From positions 3,509,901 to 3,573,900 of the forward strand of contig OZ242007.1 of the NCBI GenBank assembly GCA_965204695.1: a stretch of 64,000 nt of DNA, written 5' to 3'. Numbering within the stretch: position 1 is the stretch's first letter; every line of letters starts with the position of its first letter. Below are positions 18,790 to 28,223 of this stretch, one piece after another. A model generated the notes under the pieces. It was not told where the DNA came from and searched no databases. It saw only the letters and a program-made list of their open reading frames with translations. Both the position numbers and the translations under genes were made by a program. Origin of the DNA: Arenicellales bacterium (GTDB lineage: Bacteria > Pseudomonadota > Gammaproteobacteria > Arenicellales > JAHEKD01).

Positions 18790-20076
18790 ATGAAATATAT
18801 ATCCAATTTCCTAACAACTTTGGTGTGCGCGGCCACACTGAGTTTTAGTAGCTTAATAAATGCTGCAACTGAATTGACTATGTATTATCCGGTCGCGGTA
18901 GGCGGTGCATTAACTGAAATTGTTGACGGCATTGTCGAAGACTTTGAAGCTGAAAACCCTGACATCGATGTCACTGCCATCTATGCGGGTAACTATAATG
19001 ATGCGCGTGTAAAAGCATTAGCCGCATTAAAAAGCGGCGAGCCAGCGCAATTGTCCGTTATGTTTTCTATAGACGTACATGAACTGCGTGATCTGGAAGC
19101 TATAACTGCTTTCGATGATGTCATCAGTACAGATGAAGAAAGAGCGTGGCTGGACAGCTTTTACCCAGCACTTATGGAAAATGGCAAAGTTGATGGCAAA
19201 ACATGGGGTGTTCCATTTCAGCGATCTACTATTGTCATGTACTACAACAAAGATGCTTTTCGTGAAGCAGGCCTAGATCCTGAGGCTCCCCCTACAACAT
19301 GGGAAGAGTTTGTCGAAACTGGCAAAGCGCTCACTAAAAAAGATAGCAATGGAAATGTTGAACAATGGGGTGCAATGATTCCGTCTACTGGCTATCCCTA
19401 TTGGATGTTTGGCGCACTGACTAAACAAAATTCCGAAGTGCTAATGAATCAGGCTGGCACGGAAACGTATTATGATAATCCTGGTGTTATTGAAGCACTT
19501 GAATACTGGCGTAGCCTTGGTGAAGAACACAGTATCATGCCAAACGATGTAATTGAATGGGGCACACTCCGTCAAAATTTCCTGGAAGGTAAAACTGCCA
19601 TCATGTGGCACTCAACAGGTAATCTAACTACTGTTAAAAATAATGCAGGCTTTGACTTTGGGGTGGCAATGTTACCTGGTAACAAGGAGCTTGGATCACC
19701 AACAGGTGGAGGGAATTTTTATCTTTTTAAAGATTCCTCTGATGAAGAAAAACAAGCTTCGCTAAAACTTGTTAAATTCATGACATCACCAGATCAGGCT
19801 GCCCATTGGTCAAAAGCGACAGGTTATATGGGTGTCAGTGCAAACGCGTATGAGACTGAAACTCTCAGCCAGTATATAGAAGAATTTCCACCTGCGGCTG
19901 TTGCGCGTGATCAACTTCAACATGCGACTGCTGAACTATCCACGCATGAAGCAGGACGTGTGCGTAAATTTCTAGATGATGCAATTCAATCTGTTCTGAC
20001 AGGGCAAGCAAGTGCAGAAGATGCGCTTAAAGATGCTCAAGCACAAGCGGAACGTGTTTTGCGTCGTTATCAATAA
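18790..20076 (+). CDS. ABC transporter extracellular solute-binding protein (family 1, UgpB-like)
   Basis: 428 aa with a signal peptide, in an operon with two MalFG-type permeases. Confidence 0.85.
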   Translation: MKYISNFLTTLVCAATLSFSSLINAATELTMYYPVAVGGALTEIVDGIVEDFEAENPDIDVTAIYAGNYNDARVKALAALKSGEPAQLSVMFSIDVHELRDLEAITAFDDVISTDEERAWLDSFYPALMENGKVDGKTWGVPFQRSTIVMYYNKDAFREAGLDPEAPPTTWEEFVETGKALTKKDSNGNVEQWGAMIPSTGYPYWMFGALTKQNSEVLMNQAGTETYYDNPGVIEALEYWRSLGEEHSIMPNDVIEWGTLRQNFLEGKTAIMWHSTGNLTTVKNNAGFDFGVAMLPGNKELGSPTGGGNFYLFKDSSDEEKQASLKLVKFMTSPDQAAHWSKATGYMGVSANAYETETLSQYIEEFPPAAVARDQLQHATAELSTHEAGRVRKFLDDAIQSVLTGQASAEDALKDAQAQAERVLRRYQ

Positions 20077-20085
20077 TCTGAACAG

Positions 20086-20118
20086 AAGGGTCGATTAGCT
20101 TCGGCCCTTACCTTTTGT
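20086..20118 (+). terminator. Intra-operon hairpin/attenuator after the SBP gene
   Basis: aagggtcg pairs with cggccctt (one U-G wobble) around the loop attagctt, followed by accttttgt. Confidence 0.4.
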
Positions 20119-20127
20119 AAAGTCAAA

Positions 20128-21012
20128 ATGTCTTCAACAATGCATAAAAAGCTAAATCTAAAAGCCTGGCTACTGTTATTGCCTGCATTCTTTTTATTGA
20201 TTTCATTCACACATTGGCCAACGATTAGAACTTTCTGGAGAAGCGTAAACTGGGCCAAAACTGATGTTGCCGAGCCCAAATTCGTTGGGATGGAGAACTT
20301 TGCTTTACTCATTGATGATCCTGTGTTCTGGAAAGTATTGGAAAACAACTTTTGGTACGCCATCGGTACAGTCCCCACTTCAATCGCATTAGCCATAATG
20401 ATGGCTATCTGGGTGAACGGTAAAATACGATGCGCGGGATTGCTTCGTCTCGCCTACTTCACGCCAACAATCTTACCCATGATTACCGTGGCAAATATCT
20501 GGCTGTTTTTTTATAGCCCTGATATAGGTTTATTCGATCAAGTTTTAAAAGCAATAGGTATTGATGGTCCAAATTGGCTAGGCGATCCGGACATGGCGTT
20601 GTCAAGTTTAATCGTGATGACCGTCTGGAAAGAAGCCGGATTCTTTATGATTTTCTATCTGGCCGCATTACAAACATTAAGTCCTGAGCTTTACCAGGCT
20701 GCCAAGTTAGAAGGCGCCGGACCTTGGCGTACCTTTTGGAAGATCACTTTTCCATTATTGATGCCGACGACGTTGTTTGTGCTGATTAACGCTTTACTCA
20801 ATGCTTTCAAACTAGTTGATCACATTTTTATATTGACAAAAGGTGGGCCAAATAACGCTACAAACTTACTGCTGTATTACATTTACGAAACGGCTTTTAG
20901 TTTTCTCGACAGCTATTATGCGGCAACTCTCACAGTCATCATGCTTATTATTCTTGCCGTTATCGCATTTGTACAAATGGCATTAATTGATCGAAAAATT
21001 CATTATAAATAA
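20128..21012 (+). CDS. ABC transporter permease (UgpA/MalF-like)
   Basis: 294 aa, polytopic, with an EAA-loop region (YQAAKLEGAGPWRTFWKITFPLL). Confidence 0.85.
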   Translation: MSSTMHKKLNLKAWLLLLPAFFLLISFTHWPTIRTFWRSVNWAKTDVAEPKFVGMENFALLIDDPVFWKVLENNFWYAIGTVPTSIALAIMMAIWVNGKIRCAGLLRLAYFTPTILPMITVANIWLFFYSPDIGLFDQVLKAIGIDGPNWLGDPDMALSSLIVMTVWKEAGFFMIFYLAALQTLSPELYQAAKLEGAGPWRTFWKITFPLLMPTTLFVLINALLNAFKLVDHIFILTKGGPNNATNLLLYYIYETAFSFLDSYYAATLTVIMLIILAVIAFVQMALIDRKIHYK

Positions 21013-21020
21013 TTACGGTT

Positions 21021-21830
21021 ATGGGTAAACGATTTCAATTTTTATCCACTTTATCAGCCTATCTGTTGGGCATAGTTTGGATTATGCCGTTGCTCTATGC
21101 ATTCTGGGCAGCATTTCACCCGCCTGAATTTGCGACAAATTTCTCGCTCACTGCCCCGTTGACGCTGGAGAATTTTAAGTCTGCCTGGAGCCAAGCGCCT
21201 TTTTTCAGTTACATGCTGAATACAATCATTATTACCACCATTATACTCGTCTCACAGCTATTCATTTGTACGTTAGCAGGGTATGCGCTTGCTAGGGAAA
21301 AGTTTACCGGCAGAGGATTAGCATTGGGGTTGATCTTGATGCAATTAATGGTGATGCCTGAAATTTTAATCGTTGAGAACTACCAAACCCTAGCCAGTCT
21401 CAATCTTGTTGATACGCATATTGGTGTTGGTTTGCCCTACCTTGCCAGTGCTTTTGGCATATTTCTGTTGCGGCAGACATTTAAAACTGTTCCTCAGGAA
21501 CTTGAAGATGCCGCTCGCGTTGAAGGGTTATCCGGCCTTAAACTAATACTCAAGGTTTTCGTCCCACTGGCTTTTCCAACTTATCTTGCATACAGCCTGG
21601 TTTCAATCAGCTATCACTGGAATAACTTCTTGTGGCCATTAGTGGTTACCAACACTGAAGCAAGTCGTCCTCTAACCGTTGGCATGGCGATTTTTGGAGC
21701 ACCTGAATCTGGTGTTGATTGGTCGGTCATTTCAGCGGGCACCTTAATCGCGATTGGGCCTTTGCTGGCGCTGTTTCTGGTCTTCCAACGTCAGTTTATT
21801 CAATCGTTTATGCATGCAGGAATTAAGTAG
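21021..21830 (+). CDS. ABC transporter permease (UgpE/MalG-like)
   Basis: 269 aa with an EAA loop (LEDAARVEGLSGLKLILKVFVPLA). Confidence 0.85.
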   Translation: MGKRFQFLSTLSAYLLGIVWIMPLLYAFWAAFHPPEFATNFSLTAPLTLENFKSAWSQAPFFSYMLNTIIITTIILVSQLFICTLAGYALAREKFTGRGLALGLILMQLMVMPEILIVENYQTLASLNLVDTHIGVGLPYLASAFGIFLLRQTFKTVPQELEDAARVEGLSGLKLILKVFVPLAFPTYLAYSLVSISYHWNNFLWPLVVTNTEASRPLTVGMAIFGAPESGVDWSVISAGTLIAIGPLLALFLVFQRQFIQSFMHAGIK

Positions 21831-22664
21831 GTGCGCCAGTTATCCTGGAACATACAATCTGGAAAAGGTTGTGACGGTATTACGAATATCCACCGCATTA
21901 TCGAACATATAAAAGTATTGGGTGATTTTGATGTGATTTGTTTACAAGAAGTTGCTCGCAATATGGAAGAATATTGTTCACAAGGACAAATGGATCAACC
22001 AGAAATTTTATCCAATGCGTTTGAGGGTTATTCATTTTCATGGGGAACAGGATTCAGCTGGCCCTCTGCTGATAACAGCAAACACCAGGAATTTGGAAAT
22101 CTAACACTGACCAAAAATCCACCACTAGATCACAAGACTCACCAGCTTCCTATGCCAGCAGTCTCAGGAAAAAAACAAATGCCAAGAGTTGCTGTTGAAA
22201 CAGTTATGAGTACAAGTATTGGTCCGGTTAGCTTCATAAATACTCACCTCGCTTATCATGACGATGCAGAACGCCGGCAACAACTTGAACGAATCAATTC
22301 ACTTGAAGGCGAACGAAAGTCCCAACTCTCCCACCCAAAAAAAGATGACAGCGGTGCATATCAAATTGGGCCTGCACCTATGGCAAGGGTTTTATGTGGC
22401 GATTTCAACTTTGGCATTGAAGATCCAGAATACGCTTATCAAAGCAACAATGAATGGATCGACGCCTGGGCCGCCTCAAATGAAGGAGAATCACATTCAC
22501 CCACTTGTGGAATCTTCGATCAAGTGCAATGGTCGCAAGGCCCACATTGCCGGGATTACTTCTGGCTAAGCACCGAACTCTTACCGGTCAAAATTATTAT
22601 GCAAGTCGACACCGTGACAGCGCTATCTGATCACCAACCTATTATGCTTGAGATAGAGATTTGA
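21831..22664 (+). CDS. Endonuclease/exonuclease/phosphatase (EEP) family phosphoesterase
   Basis: 277 aa. Opens with LSWNIQSG, then ICLQEV, and ends with the C-terminal SDHQPIMLEI. The GTG start abuts the permease stop. Confidence 0.75.
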   Translation: MRQLSWNIQSGKGCDGITNIHRIIEHIKVLGDFDVICLQEVARNMEEYCSQGQMDQPEILSNAFEGYSFSWGTGFSWPSADNSKHQEFGNLTLTKNPPLDHKTHQLPMPAVSGKKQMPRVAVETVMSTSIGPVSFINTHLAYHDDAERRQQLERINSLEGERKSQLSHPKKDDSGAYQIGPAPMARVLCGDFNFGIEDPEYAYQSNNEWIDAWAASNEGESHSPTCGIFDQVQWSQGPHCRDYFWLSTELLPVKIIMQVDTVTALSDHQPIMLEIEI

Positions 22665-23428
22665 AAACTTCTCCCTTACCCTCCTCTTTCACTGATCACC
22701 CAACTGTCATTTTTACTGACGTGGATGATACGCTAACCTGGGAAGGCAAGCTACCAAAGGAGACGTTTTCTGCCATGTTTAAACTTAAGCAACATGGCAT
22801 AACCCTGATTCCTGTTACTGGTGCCTGTGCGGGTTGGTGTGATTGCATGGTTCGAACCTGGCCTATCAGCTCCATAATTGGTGAAAATGGTGCCTTTTAT
22901 ATTGAGCGAAATACTGACGGCAGTTACTCATATTTGCATACACTTGATGATCGAGAGAGAGAACAAAATTGGCGGCAACTGCAGCGGCTAAAAAAAGACA
23001 CTCATGAGAATTTCAGTCAGGCTAAACAAACTGCTGATCAACCATTTCGTTTAAACGATATTGCTTTTGATATAGGTCAGGATCATAAAGTCAATCGTCA
23101 AGAGGCTCAGAAAATAGCGGATTTTTGTAAAACAAAAGGTGCTAATGCAAAAATCAGCTCAATCCATATTAACGTCTGGCTCGGTGAATACAGCAAATCA
23201 TTAACAGCAATTAAATGGCTACAGGAACATAACATTAGTAACAAGAATGCAATTTTTATTGGAGACTCGCCTAATGATGAAGACATGTTCTCATGTTTTA
23301 ACACCACAATAGGCGTTGCCAATATTAAGCCATTTCTTGATGAATTAAACACACTGCCAACCTATGTAACTTCAAAATCTGGCGGATATGGATTTGCTGA
23401 ATTTATTCAGTTGCTTCTAGACTACTAA
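22661..23428 (+). CDS. HAD-IIB family sugar-phosphate phosphatase-like hydrolase
   Basis: 255 aa with the DxDxT motif (FTDVDDTLT) and a late GDSPNDEDM motif. The TTG start overlaps the EEP stop. Confidence 0.75.
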   Translation: MKTSPLPSSFTDHPTVIFTDVDDTLTWEGKLPKETFSAMFKLKQHGITLIPVTGACAGWCDCMVRTWPISSIIGENGAFYIERNTDGSYSYLHTLDDREREQNWRQLQRLKKDTHENFSQAKQTADQPFRLNDIAFDIGQDHKVNRQEAQKIADFCKTKGANAKISSIHINVWLGEYSKSLTAIKWLQEHNISNKNAIFIGDSPNDEDMFSCFNTTIGVANIKPFLDELNTLPTYVTSKSGGYGFAEFIQLLLDY

Positions 23429-23475
23429 CGATCTATCTTGAGGTAATGCTTTTAAAGTTTGGGTTCAAATACTGG

Positions 23476-23570
23476 AATTGGCTGCTGGGTTATGTGGGAT
23501 TTATTCTATAACTTTAATAGAGCTAAGTGCAATAAAAGCCTAAAATTTAAGTTTGTAAGTGATTGATATT
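23476..23570 (+). repeat. Intergenic repeat family, copy B (truncated form)
   Basis: gctgggttatgtgggatttattctata...aataaaagcctaaaatttaagtttgtaagtg matches copies A and C. It lacks the 3' ttctcat-atgatggggtcg segment. Confidence 0.75.
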
Positions 23571-23880
23571 TGCAATGTTTTAAAATCATCGCAACAGCTT
23601 CAAACCATTTGATCGCTAATCGTGAGATCAGGACTTTGTTATTAGTAATTTGATTTGAGTTCCGATAAGAAAGTATCGTTGGTAGTAGGCATCATAGGGA
23701 ACGGTTGAATACCAGCCAGAGTAGACAGTAAATTCAGATAAATCAATATTTGTCTACAGTGCCCTTAATTTGGCGCTTATGTAATTCCCTACTTCTCGAA
23801 CTGAGGATAGCCTATTTAGGTGACTGGATAGGTCTACTCAACTCAACCCCCATAAACAACTGGCCTACTAATATTAATTT

Positions 23881-24807
23881 TTAGATTATGTTTGATTTTT
23901 TCAATAACTCATTGAAATGTTCAATGATGTAGCGGCAGTGTTTTTTGTCTGCTAGGAAACTGGCGCTAAATACATCTTCTCTTGGCGGCACAATCATTGC
24001 AAGGTAAACATTGTCAACAAGACTTTTTTCGATAAGTTTAAACACCGAAGGGTGTTTTGTACGTAATAGTGACGGGTCGACCATAAAAATAATAAACGGT
24101 GCAATGATAAATTGTTCACACATTCGCATTTCAAAGCGGTTAAGAACCACTTTGCCACATTGCTGTTTAATTAATTTTTTGTACAGTTCTACATTGTTCA
24201 AGTTTACATTTTTGGCATAGATTTCAATATACTGGTTTTCCGGGTGTTGACGTAATGTTGAGACGAGATTATGGAAATAATCACTTTGCACATATTCCTG
24301 TTTTTGTTCGTCATAGCGCAGAAATTCATCAGCACTTGGATAGGCTGCCATTGTCCTTTTCGAGCATTGCTCTATGCTCCACACTTCATCATCAAGAAGT
24401 AAGACTCCGGAGCTACGCGAAAAAATATCGATAAATTTGTCACTATAATTTTTAACTATAGAGGTTAAATCGTTTTCTAGCTTTCGACCGATACAGTTTA
24501 ATATTCGAGTCTGTCCTTCTATGCGGTTTTCTAGGCGTAAAGTCATGCGGTTGAAATATTGATTGTTTGTTTCTTCGGGGGTAAGGGGCAACGCAAATTC
24601 TTTGCCCTGAGCAAGGTAATCAATAGACACTTTAAAAATATCGGATAGTTTGATTAATGTTGATAATGATGGATCGCTTATTCCTCTCTCATAAGACGAA
24701 TAAGTTCCCGTGCTTATATCTAGTTTTGCAGCTAAATAACTTTGTGACCAATTTTCTTCATTACGAAGATATTTAAGAATTTCAGGAAATTGATAATTTG
24801 ACGTCAT
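23881..24807 (-). CDS. XRE-family HTH protein with a large uncharacterised C-terminal domain
   Basis: 308 aa. The N-terminus reads LRNEENWSQSYLAAKLDISTGTYSSYERGISDPSLSTLIKLSDIF, a Cro/C1-type HTH. I recognise no motif in the remaining ~240 aa. Confidence 0.7.
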   Translation of the reverse strand: MTSNYQFPEILKYLRNEENWSQSYLAAKLDISTGTYSSYERGISDPSLSTLIKLSDIFKVSIDYLAQGKEFALPLTPEETNNQYFNRMTLRLENRIEGQTRILNCIGRKLENDLTSIVKNYSDKFIDIFSRSSGVLLLDDEVWSIEQCSKRTMAAYPSADEFLRYDEQKQEYVQSDYFHNLVSTLRQHPENQYIEIYAKNVNLNNVELYKKLIKQQCGKVVLNRFEMRMCEQFIIAPFIIFMVDPSLLRTKHPSVFKLIEKSLVDNVYLAMIVPPREDVFSASFLADKKHCRYIIEHFNELLKKSNII

Positions 24808-25138
24808 ATCTATCGTTTTTTTAATTACTCACCGCTTCTTATACCTGAATTCGATTCAGAGTTTCAAATCCTTGTGGGTATAAATATTTGTTAAATCTGG
24901 CACTTGAGATCCTTTACAGGACCCTCAACGAATCGAAATCAACAGTAATAAGGAAACCATCGATGGAAAAAATATTGATGATTGCCAAAATGTACTTATG
25001 AAATATTGAGACTAATGCTACTGCAACGTCGGGTATAAGGATTTATCCAATTGACCTGTATAATATTGTTGATCGACTGTTTTGGAGAGGTCCTAAACGC
25101 TATTAGTTCTTCGGGAATGAACTAGAATCGGAGACAAG

Positions 25139-26020
25139 ATGCATCAAATTTCCGCACAACGTCATAAAATTCACCGGGCTGTAAACTATGTGACGGAAAA
25201 TATTACGCAGCAACTCGATTTGAATGTGTTGGCGGATGTTGCCTGCTTGTCGAAATTCCATTTTTCTCGGGTGTTTCGCGACCAATGTGGTGAAACACCT
25301 TACGAATACTTATCCAGAATCCGACTTGAGCTGGCTGCCAGAAGTCTTAACTATATTGAAGATAAATCGATTACTGATATCGCGCTTGATTGTGGATTTT
25401 CCAACCCCCAAAATTTCTCCAGATCATTCAGGCTGAAGTTTGGAGTCTCTCCGCGTAGTTTTCGCAACAATCGTCTAATAAACCCACGAGAATTCGCATC
25501 CTCTCCTGGATCTCAATTAGTTCTGCTAGATGATCTGGATATTCAGATAGTCACCCAGCCCGACTACCGCGTCGCTTATATTCGTCACCACGGCCCCTAT
25601 GGCCAAAATGACACCCGCATTCCGGCTAAATATTCAGCTCTACAGGCATGGGCCCGAAGAATTGGAATCTGGGACGATACCTCGGCACTGATCGGACTGT
25701 GTCCAGATAATCCGATTCTTACACCGCCCAATCTCTGTCGATATGATATCTGCATTCCGGTTGACTCTGGTATGATGGAGGATGACATCGTCAGCATTCA
25801 AACGATTCCGGGGGGAGCCTACGCTAGATTACGAATAAGCTGCGAAGGTGACGAGATGCTTGGTTACTGGAAGCTGTTAACAAGGTATTGTATTGAGGAA
25901 AATAGTATTACCCATGCCTTAACCTATAGTTACGAATACTATCCATGCTCCCAACGAGATCCCTTGGATACGACAACTGATGTCGAACTCTACCTCAAAA
26001 TACACAGCGGTTTGATCTGA
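25139..26020 (+). CDS. AraC-family regulator with a GyrI-like effector-binding domain
   Basis: 293 aa. N-terminal AraC HTH (LADVACLSKFHFSRVFRDQCGETPYEYLSRIRLELAARSL...ALDCGFSNPQNFSRSFRLKFGVSP) and a C-terminal GyrI-like region. Confidence 0.8.
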   Translation: MHQISAQRHKIHRAVNYVTENITQQLDLNVLADVACLSKFHFSRVFRDQCGETPYEYLSRIRLELAARSLNYIEDKSITDIALDCGFSNPQNFSRSFRLKFGVSPRSFRNNRLINPREFASSPGSQLVLLDDLDIQIVTQPDYRVAYIRHHGPYGQNDTRIPAKYSALQAWARRIGIWDDTSALIGLCPDNPILTPPNLCRYDICIPVDSGMMEDDIVSIQTIPGGAYARLRISCEGDEMLGYWKLLTRYCIEENSITHALTYSYEYYPCSQRDPLDTTTDVELYLKIHSGLI

Positions 26021-26166
26021 GCGTGATGCATCCGGCTACGCCGGATATATTTCCCATACGTTAGTATGGGGAGATTGAATTAACCCGGATAAAACAGCAA
26101 GTATTGATAAGAATCTACAGTTCTGCGGTGGTACGCTGAGCTAAGGTTGATTGAAGGAGCAAGACA

Positions 26167-27210
26167 ATGCTTGCTGATACCAAAATAGTTATCTCAAATC
26201 TGATGCGGTCCAGGTATTTTTGCATGATCCTGATTTTTGGTCTCAACATAGCATGTTTAGATTCTGTTAGCGCCGAGTTCAAACCTCACTCCGCTAATCC
26301 GGTGTTCGATATCGGTCCGCCGGGCGCTTGGGATTCAATGTACGTTGAAGCAGGTCCAATTACCTACCAAGATGGGAAATATCATATGTTTTATACTGGT
26401 CTGCCAAAGTGGCCGGATAATATCGCTATCGGTTACGCCCGGTCGGTCGATGGCATTGAATGGAATCGTAACGCAACACCTATTTTAACCATTGACGATA
26501 CTCCCTATGAGGACCAGTCGATTATTTCTGACAGCATCGTCGTAACCGAGGATGGAAAGTGGTGGTTGTATTTTGGGATAGGCAAGCGCATGCAGGATTT
26601 TGGCGGCAGTATCGGGCTTGCCACATCGACCTCGCCAACCGGGCCCTGGACAGTCCATCCCGAGCCGGTACTATTACCCGGTTCAGAGGGTAGCTGGGAC
26701 GCTAACAAAATCCTGCACTCTGATGTCTTCATCACTGATGACGGATTCACCATGTACTACACCGGTTACGGCAATGAAAAAGTTGGCGGCGTCAAGGAGG
26801 AACACAGCCATATTGGTTTGGCGACATCCACCGATGGAATCAATTGGACCAAGTATGATGATCTGGCAACGACTGAGCCGTTATTCAGCCAAAGTGACCC
26901 GATATTTTCGCGTTCTACCGAGAATAGCTGGGACAATTGGCACGTGAAAGATGCCAATGTCCGTAGGGTAAACGGGCAATGGAAAATGTTCTATCACGGC
27001 GTCACCTTAAATACCTCCGGTAATTTTGGTTTCGCCACCAGTGATGATGGAATCAACTGGAAACGCTCCCGGGGTAACCCCGTGATCGAAGCAAAAAAGA
27101 CAGGAATGAAATTATTTTTCGCAACCTGGTTAAGGCATAAAGACGAAGATCGAATTTATATCGAAGGTGGCTCAAATAACACTACTAAAGTCTATTTATA
27201 TGCAAATTAA
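26167..27210 (+). CDS. Secreted five-bladed beta-propeller glycosidase-like protein (GH43/GH130/DUF377-like)
   Basis: 347 aa with a signal peptide. The blade pattern repeats: WD..YV....(Y/F).DGKYHMFYTG / IGLATS..GPW / IGLATSTDGINW / FGFATSDDGINW. Confidence 0.6.
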   Translation: MLADTKIVISNLMRSRYFCMILIFGLNIACLDSVSAEFKPHSANPVFDIGPPGAWDSMYVEAGPITYQDGKYHMFYTGLPKWPDNIAIGYARSVDGIEWNRNATPILTIDDTPYEDQSIISDSIVVTEDGKWWLYFGIGKRMQDFGGSIGLATSTSPTGPWTVHPEPVLLPGSEGSWDANKILHSDVFITDDGFTMYYTGYGNEKVGGVKEEHSHIGLATSTDGINWTKYDDLATTEPLFSQSDPIFSRSTENSWDNWHVKDANVRRVNGQWKMFYHGVTLNTSGNFGFATSDDGINWKRSRGNPVIEAKKTGMKLFFATWLRHKDEDRIYIEGGSNNTTKVYLYAN

Positions 27211-27276
27211 AAGGGCTGTCGAGCAAATCACAATACCCTGTAGATTTTACATCTCATTAGTGCTCGGAGAAGAATA

Positions 27277-27687
27277 TTGGCAAATAACACATTATCGGCA
27301 ATAGTAAAAAATCCCCATGACACTGAATGGACTTATTTTAATGGGCAAGAAGGTAGAGAAGATCAACTACGATGGAAAACCCTCATAGGTGATGAAGAAT
27401 CCAACACTCAGGGACTGACATACGGAATAATGGAAATGCCCCAAGGCACTTTTGTTCACGCTCATTTTCATGCCGATAATGAGATATTCCATATCCTTCA
27501 AGGAGAAGGTGTTGTCCTCATCAATAAAGATGTTATTGAGGTTGAGCCAGGATCCATTTTTTACATTCCTGGTAACACGGTCCATGGCATTAGAAATACT
27601 AGCAAAGAAATGCTCAAAGTGATCTGGGTTTTTCCCAGCAACAAATTTAGTGAAATTGAATATCATTTAGTGGATCGATGCTTTTGA
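27277..27687 (+). CDS. Cupin-domain protein
   Basis: 136 aa with cupin motifs (FVHAHFHADNEIFHILQGEG...IPGNTVHGIRN). TTG start preceded by a ggaga RBS. Confidence 0.7.
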   Translation: MANNTLSAIVKNPHDTEWTYFNGQEGREDQLRWKTLIGDEESNTQGLTYGIMEMPQGTFVHAHFHADNEIFHILQGEGVVLINKDVIEVEPGSIFYIPGNTVHGIRNTSKEMLKVIWVFPSNKFSEIEYHLVDRCF

Positions 27688-27804
27688 GTCTAACTTGCGA
27701 CCCGAATGACTGTAATAGGCGGACTATATAGAAAAACTCTGCTAAGGCTAAACCAGAACTGGCAATAGTGAAATCTAGTAGATTTATATGATCATTGAGA
27801 GCTT

Positions 27805-28188
27805 ATGAACAAAATTATTATTTTTTTCGTTTGGATGGTTATTTACATTGGAAATGTTTATGCAGAAAAGGATCCATGTCATCAATATTACCCTAATATT
27901 CCTGGGAAATTGTTATTTGAGAATGACAAGGTGGTAGTGCAAAAGTTTGTGTTTCCACCAGGGGTGTGGGAAGGGATTCATTCGCATCCACCTGATCAGT
28001 TTTATGTTCAGTTAAATGCAGGAGTATGGACGGTTAGATTCGGAGGTAAAACCTATCCACCGCAATATTATCCAGCCGATTCAGTCGGTTGGCTTGGTCC
28101 GGTTGCGTTGACAGCGGGGCATGAGTCGGTCAATTCAGGTGATGAACCTATTGAGTCAATCTTGGTTACTTTGAAAGATGGATGTTAA
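27805..28188 (+). CDS. Small secreted cupin-like protein
   Basis: 127 aa with a signal peptide and an H-x-H containing segment (WEGIHSHPPDQFYVQLNAG). Confidence 0.5.
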   Translation: MNKIIIFFVWMVIYIGNVYAEKDPCHQYYPNIPGKLLFENDKVVVQKFVFPPGVWEGIHSHPPDQFYVQLNAGVWTVRFGGKTYPPQYYPADSVGWLGPVALTAGHESVNSGDEPIESILVTLKDGC

Positions 28189-28223
28189 AAAGATTCTACG
28201 TCGTAATTAATTGAATTATTTAA

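Noticed and set aside
22258-22569. 103-aa plus-strand ORF in an alternative frame
   Set aside because: It lies fully inside the EEP-family gene, whose frame carries the family motifs.
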